From the NCBI GenBank assembly GCA_963785235.1, contig CAWAUM010000001.1, forward strand, positions 480,001 to 544,000: a DNA stretch of 64,000 nt, given 5' to 3'. Within the stretch, counting starts at the first letter, position 1. Each line of letters begins with the position of its first letter. Of this stretch, positions 10,237 through 21,154 are shown piece after piece. The position numbers and the translations under genes are program-made. The stretch comes from an uncultured delta proteobacterium. GTDB taxonomy: Bacteria > Desulfobacterota > Desulfomonilia > UBA1062. The notes beneath the pieces were generated by a model. That model did not search any database and was not told where the DNA came from. It saw nothing but the letters and a program-made list of their open reading frames with translations.

Positions 10237-11001
10237 ATGGAAACGATAAAGTCATGTTCTCATCGGTCCACAAATAAGCGGGTCTTCAGTATTATCACAA
10301 CAGAAGACATCTCCGGAAAGCGTATCCTTGATGTCGGCGCGGGCATGGGATTCATGTCCCAGCTTCTCGGCAGCCATGTCCAGGATAGAGGCGGTATTCC
10401 TTCTGAGGTTATTACCGCATGCGACCTCTATCCCGAGTACTTCTCCTACAAAGATATCGTTTGCAAAAAGGTTGAATTCATTAACGCACTCCCTTTTCAT
10501 GAGGGTAGTTTTGATATTGCCTATGCCATAGAGGTGATCGAGCACCTTAAAGATCCCTATGGATTTATCCAGGAGATGTTCCGAGTAGTCAGGCCGGGTG
10601 GAAAGGTCATTATTACAACACCCAACATCTTAAACCTAGCATCGCGTTTCTCGTATCTCCTGAGAGGCTTTTTTGAGCTCTTTGGCCCGCTTTCATTCGA
10701 TACACTCGATGTGAGACATCAGTGGGGCCATATCATGCCCCTTAGCGCCTATTACCTGAATCATGCAATGAGGACATGCGGGTTTGTAAAGACCGAGTTT
10801 CATATTGACCGCATCAAGCGATCTTCTCTATTCCTCTTTTTCTTTTTTCTCCCTGTGCTGAAGCTATCCGCCTTCATGTATGCACGAAGATTTCAGAGAA
10901 AGAAGCCGGAAATCTATCAAGACAACAAGCAGGAATTGAAACTCATCAACGGATGGAAACTATGCTGTTCACGCAGTGTCGTTCTGGTAGGGTATAAATG
11001 A
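10237..11001 (+). CDS. Class I SAM-dependent methyltransferase
   Basis: ILDVGAGMG, FDIAYAIEVIEHL, RPGGKVIITTPN. Confidence 0.88.
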   Translation: METIKSCSHRSTNKRVFSIITTEDISGKRILDVGAGMGFMSQLLGSHVQDRGGIPSEVITACDLYPEYFSYKDIVCKKVEFINALPFHEGSFDIAYAIEVIEHLKDPYGFIQEMFRVVRPGGKVIITTPNILNLASRFSYLLRGFFELFGPLSFDTLDVRHQWGHIMPLSAYYLNHAMRTCGFVKTEFHIDRIKRSSLFLFFFFLPVLKLSAFMYARRFQRKKPEIYQDNKQELKLINGWKLCCSRSVVLVGYK

Positions 11002-11026
11002 TACAATATACGAAGGGGAGGAAGAA

Positions 11027-11902
11027 ATGAGGCCGCAAACACTCATGAAACTGGCATTCTTTACGCGCAGGTTTTCGCGATATGAGAATCCCCTTATGTA
11101 TCGTCTTGTACGAAAATTTTTAAAGATCGTTTATCCAAGCAAAGGAAGTGATTCGAATTCGATCATTGCCCCGTACAGCCAGGGATTTATTAATATTAAC
11201 ACAGGGAACATGCACGAGTATGAATTATTGTTCCACAATTTATATGAACCGGCTATTACCAGCCTTATTAAGAGGATTGTACGGCAAGGTGATGGTTGCC
11301 TTGATATTGGTGCCAATATTGGCACCTTAACGCTGGTTATGGCATATGCAGCCGGTCCTGAAGGGAAGGTGATCGCTGTTGAGCCGAATCCGGCAATAGC
11401 ATCCCGGCTCCAAAAAAATATTGACCTGAACAGGGTAACAAATTGTCAGATAATCCAAGCGGCAATCTCCAATAAGGATGGGACAACAACACTCTTTTGC
11501 GCCCAAGACGATTCGTTTCATCAAGGTTGGTCAAGCCTCAAACCGTCAGAGAAAACACCAAACAAGATAAACATAGACCTCATGAGGGGGACGGCACTGA
11601 ATGAAAAGATAGGCAAGGGCCCGCTGACCTTTGTGAAAATAGATGTAGAGGGGCACGATTTTATTGTACTTCAGGAGCTGCATGATCTGATCTCATTCCA
11701 TAGACCTCATCTGGTGCTGGAATATGTCAAAGATCTTTGGGAAAGGCATGGCAGCACCATTGACGAGGCACTCCAATTCTTCAATGATTTGAAGTACAAC
11801 GTCTACTTCATCAAGAATGACCTCATCTTCCCACGAGAAACCGGTCTGCCTGATGTATGTGATCTCTTCTGTGTGCCAAGATCAAATGAAAGGGCTTTGT
11901 AA
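11027..11902 (+). CDS. FkbM family methyltransferase
   Basis: LDIGANIG, AVEPNP, VKIDVEGHD. Confidence 0.9.
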   Translation: MRPQTLMKLAFFTRRFSRYENPLMYRLVRKFLKIVYPSKGSDSNSIIAPYSQGFININTGNMHEYELLFHNLYEPAITSLIKRIVRQGDGCLDIGANIGTLTLVMAYAAGPEGKVIAVEPNPAIASRLQKNIDLNRVTNCQIIQAAISNKDGTTTLFCAQDDSFHQGWSSLKPSEKTPNKINIDLMRGTALNEKIGKGPLTFVKIDVEGHDFIVLQELHDLISFHRPHLVLEYVKDLWERHGSTIDEALQFFNDLKYNVYFIKNDLIFPRETGLPDVCDLFCVPRSNERAL

Positions 11903-11982
11903 ATAACTCCGTGCTGTTTTGCCGTTTGGAAATGGGTCTGGGATAATTCTTCATGCAAATCAGAAAAAGTGGTTAAGGACAA

Positions 11983-13224
11983 GTGCAGCGTATGGGAATC
12001 CTGGAGATCATAAAAAGGCCGGCTACAGTGGGGCCAAGGATAATATTACTTGAGATCGCATTCCTCATGTTTATAAGCGGATTCTTTTTTGTGAACCAGA
12101 TCAAATGGCAAAACAATGTATTCTATGCACTTATACTCATCCCCTATCTCATCATGTTCAAACGCGAGAGTTTCGCCATGCTCTGCCGGTCAAGAATCTT
12201 CTTAATGGTACTGCTCTTTGTGGGATATTCAATGGCCACTCTTCTATGGGGGGCAAGGGGGACTTACAGCGATTATATTCATATGCTTATCAAGTCTCTG
12301 TCCGTGCTGGTTTTTTATGCCCTGACCATTGAGCTGTCGCTTGCGGATGAGCGTTTCCGGGGCAGGGTATTTTTTGTTTTGTGCTGGATATCTCTCGTTG
12401 GGGCGATATTAGCCATGTATCTTATTCATTATAATTTTGTTTATCCCCCAGTAAGGCTTATGGATTTCGGAACTTTTCGAAATCCAATACAGGCAGGGAG
12501 TGTCTATGGAATGATACTCATCATCATCTACTATCAGTTTCTCTCAAAAGGATGGAGATGGTATACTCTCTTGTACATACCATTATTTGTTGCCCTGCTA
12601 ACGATCCTCTTGCTGATCCAGAGCAGGGGGCCGCTATTAGCTCTTATCATTGCATTTTTTGTGGGATCTCTTGTTGCCCGTGATTTCAAGATGCTCAGCG
12701 TTCTTACCCTTATAGCAACAGGCGTGTGGATATTGGTTTCATCCGGTGAAAGGTTTTTCTACGATCTGATTATTACACGCGGTACGTCTTACCGTTTAGA
12801 AATATTCCAGTGTGTGTATGGAATGATAATGGAGAAGATGGTATTCGGGCATGGATTGCTTATGAAATTTACGTGTACCATGTCGGATGGCTCCTTGATA
12901 TCAAGAACGCATAATCTGTTTCTTGGCGCATGGCTCTATGGGGGGCTGGTGGGTCTGGTTTTACTTGTAACATCTTGCATCAAGTCCTTATGGTATAGCG
13001 GTGTGTATCTTGTTCGCAATAAGGATTGCTTCTATCTTACAGTGCTCATCTACAGCTTCATATGTGTATCTACAGGGAATCACAACGCTATCAGCAATCC
13101 CCATCCTCTCTACTTATTCTTCTGGATGCCCCTTGGATTTCTGTCGGCAATCGAGATAACTACAAGAAATACGGGTAATCAAGACACCGCAATAGACATT
13201 GCAAAGGAATATGAAGTCATTTAA
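11983..13224 (+). CDS. O-antigen ligase (WaaL/Wzy_C) family membrane protein
   Basis: Multiple TM helices, QSRGPLLAL, R..IF, FGHG, THNLFL; lies in the LPS cluster. Confidence 0.8.
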   Translation: MQRMGILEIIKRPATVGPRIILLEIAFLMFISGFFFVNQIKWQNNVFYALILIPYLIMFKRESFAMLCRSRIFLMVLLFVGYSMATLLWGARGTYSDYIHMLIKSLSVLVFYALTIELSLADERFRGRVFFVLCWISLVGAILAMYLIHYNFVYPPVRLMDFGTFRNPIQAGSVYGMILIIIYYQFLSKGWRWYTLLYIPLFVALLTILLLIQSRGPLLALIIAFFVGSLVARDFKMLSVLTLIATGVWILVSSGERFFYDLIITRGTSYRLEIFQCVYGMIMEKMVFGHGLLMKFTCTMSDGSLISRTHNLFLGAWLYGGLVGLVLLVTSCIKSLWYSGVYLVRNKDCFYLTVLIYSFICVSTGNHNAISNPHPLYLFFWMPLGFLSAIEITTRNTGNQDTAIDIAKEYEVI

Positions 13225-13244
13225 CCTTAAGGCGAGAATGAAGA

Positions 13245-14201
13245 ATGTCTAGAGTATTGGTATTCGGCAAATCGCAAAGGAAGACTCGCAAGGTTCGCCA
13301 CATAGCCAGGGCATTTAAAGACCTGGGCCATGATACTCTCTGGTTGAATCCGGCTACAATTAGGCGATGGATGAGGACCTGGGCAGATGGTTACATTCTC
13401 CACAGGGTGTACTCATTTAAACCCGATATCATATTCATCTATTCCCAAGATATACCACTGCCGGTGCTGGAAAAGATCTCCTCTGAGAATACTATCAAGA
13501 TCGTACTGTTCTATGTAGACTGGAGACCTGAGATTCTGCCTACCTTGATAGAGCGGGGTAAACTAGTGGACCTTTTTCTCGTGACCTCAAAAGGGTTACT
13601 TGATGAGTATCGAAAAACAGGTATTCGCAACCCCGTTTATTTTACTGATGCATGCGATACCTATGACCATAAAAGACAGACACCCATATTGCCCATCTGG
13701 AAATCAGATGTGGCATTTATCGGTGAGGCAAGACTCAATGAATCGCGGGTGAATATAATAAGTAAGCTCAAGGAGTCCTGCACAGTGAAGGTATATGGGA
13801 ATAACTGGGAGGATTTTCACATAAGACCTACCCTGAAATCCGTAGGGCCGAGAGGGTACCGCCTTATCTGTGGTGGAGCCAAGATCGTGCTGGGCGCCGA
13901 TATAGTGAATTATGTTGATGGATACTGGTCCAATCGACTCTGGTTGACGCTTGGATGCGGGGGTTTTTTATTAACGAACTATATACGCGGGTTAGAGGAC
14001 ATTTTTGAAAACAGGGAGCATCTGGTATGGTACCATGATGAAGAGGAATGTATTTCCCTGGTAAATGAATATCTTGCCAAGCCGCATGAGCGTAAGAGAA
14101 TTGCGGATACCGGGTATAAGTATGTGCATGAGCACCATACATTTCACCACTTTGCGGGCAAAGTCCTTGCTATTTGTGATACAATACAAAAGGGAGAATA
14201 A
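13245..14201 (+). CDS. CgeB/Glyco_trans_1_2-type glycosyltransferase
   Basis: SDVAFIG, WSNRLWLTLGCGGFLLT, ERKRIADTGY..V...HTF. Confidence 0.75.
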   Translation: MSRVLVFGKSQRKTRKVRHIARAFKDLGHDTLWLNPATIRRWMRTWADGYILHRVYSFKPDIIFIYSQDIPLPVLEKISSENTIKIVLFYVDWRPEILPTLIERGKLVDLFLVTSKGLLDEYRKTGIRNPVYFTDACDTYDHKRQTPILPIWKSDVAFIGEARLNESRVNIISKLKESCTVKVYGNNWEDFHIRPTLKSVGPRGYRLICGGAKIVLGADIVNYVDGYWSNRLWLTLGCGGFLLTNYIRGLEDIFENREHLVWYHDEEECISLVNEYLAKPHERKRIADTGYKYVHEHHTFHHFAGKVLAICDTIQKGE

Positions 14202-14251
14202 CAGATCGTTGGATTTGCAGTAAGCCCTATTCTGAGATGAAAGGTATCCAT

Positions 14252-15037
14252 ATGGAAAATGCCTCGCGTGTGAAATTAAGCGTCATTATACCTTGTTACA
14301 ATGAAGAGAATACTATTAGAGAATGCATCGAGAGTGTCACATGGGCTGATGAAATCCTAGTGGTAGATTCCTTCAGTACTGATAAGACATTGGAAATTGC
14401 ACGGAAATATACCGACCGTATCCTGCAGCATGAATATATCAATTCAGCTGCCCAGAAGAACTGGACCATCCCCCAGGCCCTTCATGACTGGGTTTTAATC
14501 GTAGATTCGGATGAGCGGGTCACACCTGAGCTGTGTAATGAGATAACCACTCTTCTCGCCCAGGCCCCATTGAAGGACGGTTACTGGATAAGGCGGAAGA
14601 ACTTTCTCTTTGGAAAGGAGGTCAGGCATTCGGGATGGGGGGCTGACAGTGTGCTGCGCCTTTTCAGGAAAGACCTCGGCCGCTACCAGGAAAAGAGGGT
14701 TCATGCCGAGGTCGAACTTAAAAATACGGAAATGCTTGGTGGATATCTTGAGCACATCAGTGTCTCTTCACTGACAGACTGGGTGAACAAGATAAACCGC
14801 TACTCATCATGGAAGGCCCGAGATAAATATGAGCAGGGTACTATAGCTCCGATCCTCCACATGGTCCTGCGGCCTCCTGTGCGTTTCATAAAAGACTACA
14901 TCCTCAGGCTGGGTATACTTGACGGATGGAGGGGTTTTCTTATCTCAGCACTCAGTGCCTTTGCCGAACTGGTTATGGCCGCGAAGGTCGTCCAGCTAAC
15001 CTTCGAGAGTCATCAGGAAATCCCGGAATCTCGATGA
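14252..15037 (+). CDS. Glycosyltransferase family 2 (KdtX/LgtF-like LPS core glucosyltransferase)
   Basis: SVIIPCYNEE, VVDSFSTDKT, WVLIVDSDER, VHAE, GILDGWRG. Confidence 0.9.
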   Translation: MENASRVKLSVIIPCYNEENTIRECIESVTWADEILVVDSFSTDKTLEIARKYTDRILQHEYINSAAQKNWTIPQALHDWVLIVDSDERVTPELCNEITTLLAQAPLKDGYWIRRKNFLFGKEVRHSGWGADSVLRLFRKDLGRYQEKRVHAEVELKNTEMLGGYLEHISVSSLTDWVNKINRYSSWKARDKYEQGTIAPILHMVLRPPVRFIKDYILRLGILDGWRGFLISALSAFAELVMAAKVVQLTFESHQEIPESR

Positions 15038-16095
15038 GAATTGTCCACATCAACCTTGAGAGGACGTGGCGGGGTGGGGAGAGGCAGGTCCTTTACCTCA
15101 TGGAGGGTCTGAGGAGGCTGGGCCATGAATGCCACTTGGTTGCACGCACAAACGATATGTTTATTTCCCGCGTAAGAGATCAGGGTTTTCCTGTTCATGT
15201 CATAAAGAAACCGTTTGTTCTTTCAGGCCATATCTTTTCGGGATTCGATGTGGTCCATGCCCATGAAACCAGGGGTTTACAGGTTGCAGCCCTTTGGAAG
15301 GCATTGAATGGCAAGCCGCTCATATTTACCCGCCGGGTGGATAATCCCCCGTCGGGAAACATCCTGACCCGCCTTGTTTACAGCAGAATAGATGCCATGG
15401 CTGCCATCTCTGAGGCCATCAGCTCTGTCATGAAGGGGTGGGGATTCCATGCTTCACGAATTAAAGTGATCTACAGTGCAATTGAAACGCAGCGATGCGT
15501 ACGGCAAGATGCCGTTGAGAAGCTTAAAAAGAGGTTCAGCTCGAAGAAGGTCGTCGGATGCGTGGCATCTCTGGAAAAACGTAAAGACCATCATACCCTT
15601 CTGAAGGCAGCGTCTGTGATCCAACGGCAAAGGGATGATGTTGTCTTCGTTCTGGTAGGGGAAGGGGACTTGAGGGCCGATCTTGAGAGGGAGGCCTCCG
15701 TGCTGGGATTAAAGAATGTCATGTTCGAGGGGTACCAGGATGACCCGTATTCATACTATAAGGTCTTTGATGTCTTTGTGATGACCTCACGGCAGGAGGG
15801 ATTGGGAAGTTCGATTCTCGATGCATTCTCCTACCGGGTTCCTGTGGTGGCGACTGCTGCGGGTGGGATACCCGAGATCGTGAAGGATCATGAGACAGGT
15901 CTTCTTGCAGAGGTAGGCAATCCCGATACGGTAGCGCTCTCGATAATGCAGATGCTGGGTGATGAGGAACTTCGTAAACGTTGCACACTCAAGGCCTATG
16001 CATTCCTTCTGGAGAGATTTACCGTGGACCGGATGGCTCAATTTTATGAACTGATGTACCAAGATGTTCTTAGATGCTTTTCAACTTTAACTTGA
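15034..16095 (+). CDS. Glycosyltransferase family 4
   Basis: ERTWRGGERQV, RKDHHTL, EGLGSSILDA, AGGIPE; ATG overlaps the upstream stop. Confidence 0.9.
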   Translation: MRIVHINLERTWRGGERQVLYLMEGLRRLGHECHLVARTNDMFISRVRDQGFPVHVIKKPFVLSGHIFSGFDVVHAHETRGLQVAALWKALNGKPLIFTRRVDNPPSGNILTRLVYSRIDAMAAISEAISSVMKGWGFHASRIKVIYSAIETQRCVRQDAVEKLKKRFSSKKVVGCVASLEKRKDHHTLLKAASVIQRQRDDVVFVLVGEGDLRADLEREASVLGLKNVMFEGYQDDPYSYYKVFDVFVMTSRQEGLGSSILDAFSYRVPVVATAAGGIPEIVKDHETGLLAEVGNPDTVALSIMQMLGDEELRKRCTLKAYAFLLERFTVDRMAQFYELMYQDVLRCFSTLT

Positions 16096-16150
16096 CGTAC
16101 AAGCTTAACTTGCATAGTCATTTTATGAGAGATCCTATGGAGGTGCATTG

Positions 16151-16618
16151 ATGGAGGAGGAAAAGAGTCACACACGGGCAATTGTGGTTACCCTCCTTTT
16201 TATTTTTTTAGTCGGATTGTTCGCAGGGTATTACTTCTGGGGCTACCGGAAGCAGCTGCATCCTGATTACAAAGAAATGCTCAAGCAGACCATCTCCTAC
16301 ATTTCCACCCTGGAAGAAAAGAACCAGGAGCTCTCAAGCAAGCTCAGTACCCTGGAAAATGATATCGCCTCCTTGAAGAAACAGCAGGGTGTCCCTGAAG
16401 AAAGCCAGATGGCGCGCCTCAATGAAAGGCTGTCAGTCTTGGAAAAGGAGAATGCCGACCTCAAGACAATTGCCGGCCAGAACGAGGCCCTTGTCCAGGA
16501 AAACCAGCAATTGCGTCAAAGGGTCCAGACCCTGGTGGAACAGATGAATTCAAGGCCATCAAAGGGCGTCGGGAACGCGCCTGTCCAGCTCCCTGCCCCC
16601 CAGGGGACAGTGCCTTAA
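16151..16618 (+). CDS. Hypothetical membrane-anchored coiled-coil protein
   Basis: N-terminal TM helix followed by heptad-rich sequence; GGAGG RBS. Confidence 0.7.
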   Translation: MEEEKSHTRAIVVTLLFIFLVGLFAGYYFWGYRKQLHPDYKEMLKQTISYISTLEEKNQELSSKLSTLENDIASLKKQQGVPEESQMARLNERLSVLEKENADLKTIAGQNEALVQENQQLRQRVQTLVEQMNSRPSKGVGNAPVQLPAPQGTVP

Positions 16619-16627
16619 GAGGCGTTA

Positions 16628-18054
16628 TCAGCCACTGATCACTTTACTGATGAATATCTTTGCCAGTTCAGGGTCGAACTGGCTCCCCATGCAGCGCACG
16701 ATCTCTTCAATAGCCTTGTCCATGGGTAGCCCGTTCCGGTAAGGTCTGTCCGAGGTCATGGCATCGTAGGAGTCGGCAAGGTTGATTATGCGTGAAAGCA
16801 GCGGGATTTCTTCACCCCCGATACCAGAGGGGTATCCTTTGCCGTCATATCGTTCATGGTGATAGCGAATGACTTCTGTCTCACGAGACATGGGCGGAAT
16901 GGGCTTTATGATATCAGCCCCGATATCGGGATGGCGCTTGATGATCATGAATTCTTCATCAGTTAGTCTGCCGGGCTTTAAGAGGATGCTGTCGGGTATA
17001 CCCACCTTACCGATATCATGGAGAGAAGCAGCTATATACAGTACATCCTTTTCATCATCGCGAGAGCTTGAGGATATTGGCCATAGAAACAGATAAGTTG
17101 GTGACCCTGGTGGAATGCTGTGATGTGTGAGGGTCTCTGGCATCGAGTATCTTGGCCATGCTGTTCAGGGTAGAGAGCATGTTTTCATACAGACCCTCAT
17201 AGAGTGCAACGTTCTCCATACGTTCGGCTGATCGGTTGAGGAGATAGAGGATCTTGCCTTCCTTTTCTTCGCCGAGCATGGAGTCCGAATGGATATCAAG
17301 GGTCCCGAACACCTGTCCCTCGATCATGAGCGGGAAGATGGTCGCGAAATTCCGCTTTGAATTTCCTGAAGAGTTGTTCGTCCTTACGATCTTACCCTCT
17401 ATCAACTCGGTGCTGATGATTCTGTCCTGCCCATTGCTTGTATCAATAAGTGTCTGGGTTTTCCGGTTTAAGGGGTAGAAGCGCACGTCGACATCTTCGA
17501 GAAGTTGCTTGGAGACATCTACAATGGCCCCCACCAGATCGCGGATCCCTTTTAAGCTGATTATCTTTTCCGAGATGGCCTGGAGAGAAGTGAGCTCCTG
17601 GTTTTTATCTTCCAGCTGGCCTGCAAGGTTGTCGATAAGGCGGTGAAGCTGCAGGGTATCGGAGAATTTTTTGTTCTCCTCAAGCAGGAGTTTTTCTCGC
17701 TTTACCTTACTGAGCAGCAGCTGGATCTGGCTCACCTTGAAGGGTTTCGAGATGAAATCCGAGGCGCCGCATTTCATGGCATCAATGGCTATCTCTAAGG
17801 ATGCATAACCCGTAATCACAATGATGGGCAGCGATATATCGCGGGTCTTTATCTTTTTAATAAGCTCGATCCCGGTCATCTTGGGCATCATGATATCGGT
17901 GAAAACGCACAGGTAAGATCCAGTATCCAGCATGGCCAAGAGCATCCAGACCATCGGCTGCAGTATCAGGATTATATCCAAGCTCTTCGATAATCTGTGA
18001 TATGGTCTCCCGTATCCCGGGATCATCGTCAACGATGAGAACCCTGTTGTACAT
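16628..18054 (-). CDS. Response regulator with HD-GYP c-di-GMP phosphodiesterase domain; two frameshifts (near 17940 and 17060)
   Basis: REC domain (VLIVDDD, TDIMMP, ITGY, ISKPF), then DARDPHTSQHS, LHDIGK, HHERYDGKGYP. Confidence 0.88.
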
Positions 18055-18669
18055 CAGGCTATCCTTTTCAATATCCGGCCCTTGTATTCACCGAATTCCC
18101 TTTCGGTAAGAAGGCCGTCGGTCTTGAGCCTGCCGAGATATTCAATGGCTGAAAAGGCCTTGCTCATGTCATTGGGGCCCTGCAATGCAGTCATCACCGG
18201 GGGCAGTGCCGTGTTCGGGAATTCGTCGGCCACCTCTTTTGTGAGTTTTGACTGCAAATATTCCACTTGCCTCTTGAGCTGAATAATCTCCTCCAGGAGG
18301 TCCTGCCTCTGCCTGATCCGGTTGACCACAAATCGTATCTCTTCAATGTTGAACGGCTTCTTTATATATGAGAAGGCCCCCCGATTCACCGCTTCTATGG
18401 CCGTATCCAGTGATGCATATCCGGTAATAAGGACAAATGGCGTAGTAATACCCTTGCCGTGAAGTCGCTCCAGGAGATCGAGGCCCGTAAGGCCGGGGAG
18501 CATGAGGTCGGAGATTATGATATCGAATGATTCCTTCTCTGCAATCTCAAGGAGTTCCTCTGCCTTGTGAAACCTTTTTGTCCTGAGTCCTTCCTCAGTG
18601 AGGATTTGCTCGATAAGATCGAGTATTTCGTCTTCATCGTCAACAATGGCTGCACGTGACTTTTGCCAT
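18054..18669 (-). CDS. Response regulator with C-terminal SHOCT-like motif; 1-bp indel just after the start codon
   Basis: Reading upstream of ORF 18054-18503 gives AAIVDDEDEILDLIEQIL...IISDLMLPG. C-terminus LGRLKTDGLLTEREFGEYK. Confidence 0.8.
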
Positions 18670-18727
18670 GACTTCCCTTATCGAAAGCCGACAGGTCACA
18701 ACTTTAGAGAATTCCGGGCTTTTTCTA

Positions 18728-19716
18728 TTACTTTGTGTTGTTTGAAATGGCGCGGTTATGCTCTTGAAGTGTGCGAGAGAACACATGTGTCCCATCACCT
18801 TTTGAAACGAAGTAGAGGTATTCGGTTTTGGCGGGCCAAAGTGCGGCCTTTATGGAATCGAGGCCGGGGTTGCATATGGGGCCTGGAGGAAGACCCTCAT
18901 GCCGGTAGGTGTTGTATGGGCTTTCGCGGAGCAGATCATCCGGACCGATCTTGCCTGTGAATCCATCGATGCCGTAGACGGCACTCGGGTCGGATTGCAG
19001 GCGCATACCTCAGTATCATCCTGTTGTGAAACACGGAAGAGATCAGGGGCTTTTCCAAAGGAGCAACGGCCTCCTTCTCGATGAGCGATGCCAGGGTGAT
19101 TACCTCGAGTTTTGACATGCCAAGTACCTTTGAGCGTTGCTCCATTGCCGGGGTGTATACACTCCTGAACCTCTCGATCATCTTTGCCATGATCTCCAGA
19201 GGTGTCATATGGGGGGCCAGGTAATAGGTATCAGGGAAGAGGAATCCTTCCATGGAGGGGGCCGGCACAGCGAAAAAGTCGGTCGTTTGCTTGCTACGGG
19301 TACTTCTTACAAAGCTATCCTTGGAAAGAAGACCGGTCTTTGAAACAACTTCTCCGATCTGGTAGATGGTATAGCCTTCCGGGATAGTTATTCGGTACTT
19401 TAACGTCTTGCCTCTGAACAGGATATTCATAATATCAAGGGGAACGTGATTGCCTTCAAAAACATATGCCCCTGCCTGCATATGTTTTGCCTTGCCCGTG
19501 AGGGCGGCAATGGTTATGAAGGTGCCCGCGTTTGATATGACGCCGGTTTTCTGAAGGATCTTAGTGATCTCCCAGGCGCCCTGCCCTGGATAGGATATCA
19601 AGGCGTACAGGTTTGGGAGGGGTAATGGGTGTTGTAAGGAATGAACAGGTATGGATGAAGGCAAGGACGAAAAGACACATGAGCGCTATAACAAAGATAC
19701 GTAGACGGGTACTCAT
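18728..19716 (-). CDS. mltG: Endolytic peptidoglycan transglycosylase MltG (YceG); frameshifted twice
   Basis: ITIPEG, MEGFLFPDTY, LASLIEKE, LQSDP, SPYNTY...GLPPGPICNPG. Confidence 0.92.
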
Positions 19717-20127
19717 GTATTCTCCGAATCCAGATAACCTTTCAGGATAATGCTCGCAGCGATCTTGTCCACAATGGATTTTCGTTTTCTGCCTTTGACA
19801 TTGATCCCAATGAGCATTTCATGGGCCTCTGAGGTTGAAAGCCTCTCATCCCAGAAGATAACGGGTATACCCAGCTGCGCCTCGATCTGTCCGCCCCAGC
19901 CGCATCACCTCCCGAGCCCTGTCTCCGATGCTTCCGTCCATATTGTAGGGCAGCCCCACTACAAGCTTTACCACCTGATAGGCATCGATAATGGCCTTAA
20001 TATCCTTGACGTGTGATCCATCGGGCTTAACCTGTATGGTTTCAATGGGAAAGGCCATAGTCCCATCCGGGTCGCTCAGGGCGACGCCGATTCGTTTACT
20101 GCCATAATCCAGGCCTAAAAAGCGCAT
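19713..20127 (-). CDS. ruvX: YqgF/RuvX pre-16S rRNA nuclease; frameshifted near 19900
   Basis: LGLDYGSKRIGVALSD, VVGLP, then WDERLST...VDKIAASIILKGYLD. Confidence 0.9.
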
Positions 20128-20132
20128 GACCT

Positions 20133-21154
20133 CTAGCTGTTTACAAGGGTCTTCATGGACCGAAGCGACTCGGTGTCACCTATGCAGACGAGTACGTCAT
20201 CCACTGAGATCTTCAGTTCAGCGCTGGGATTGAAGATCATCTTGCCGGTATGATCCCTCACGGCAACCACGATAAGGCCTATGTCCTTCCTGATGGGGGC
20301 GTCCTTAAGGGTCTTGCCCACGAGACGGGAGTCTTCCCTGATCTTAAACCCTTCCATCTGGATAACGAAGTCCCCGGTCTTTTCGCCGGAGGCCAGTTCA
20401 ATGAAGTCCACCACGGTAGGTTTGAGGATGATGTTCGCCATATGGCGGCCTCCGATGAGGTAGGGAGAGACCACCTTGTTCGCCCCGGCCCTCATGAGGT
20501 TCTTTATGGAATCCTCTGTCTCGGCCCGGGCAAGCACAAAGAGATTCGGGATTGAGCTCTTTGGCTATGAGGATGATATAGACGTTGGTCATGTCGGATG
20601 ATGCAGTGGCGATAAGGCCTTTTGCGCGCTTTATTCCGCTTTTCGTAAGGATATCCTCATCGGAGGCATCGCCTAAGATATGAGGGACGCCTGTGCGTTC
20701 CAGATGCTCAATGACAACAGGGTCCTTATCGATCACGAGGAACGTCTTATTGGAGTGAAGGAGCTCCTGGCAAATAAGAGATCCGATCCTTCCGTTGCCG
20801 CAGATGATGTAATGATTGCTCATCCGCATGATTGTCTTGTCCAACCGTCGCCTCCCGAAATAACGTTGCATTTCACCCTCTACTATGAATCTGGTGAAGG
20901 ATGCAAACACGTATGCAGCAGACCCGACCCCTAAGAAGATGAGGAATATGTCAAAGACCTTGCCTGCCTCGGTCAAGGGGTTGGATCTCCTGGTAACCGA
21001 TGGTGGTGATGGTGATGAGTGTCATGAAAAAGGAATCGAGGTAGGTCCAATCCTCGATGAAATGAAATCCCAAGGTCCCGATGATGAAAACGATACAAAG
21101 GAGCGCTGCCCCGTATTTTAACCGTGTTGCCGGTTCGAAGGCCTTTACTTCCAA
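20133..21154 (-). CDS. Potassium channel with TrkA-N/TrkA-C (RCK) domains; two frameshifts
   Basis: TITTIGY pore motif, HYIICGNGRIG, GDASDE, AGANKVVSPY. Confidence 0.85.
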
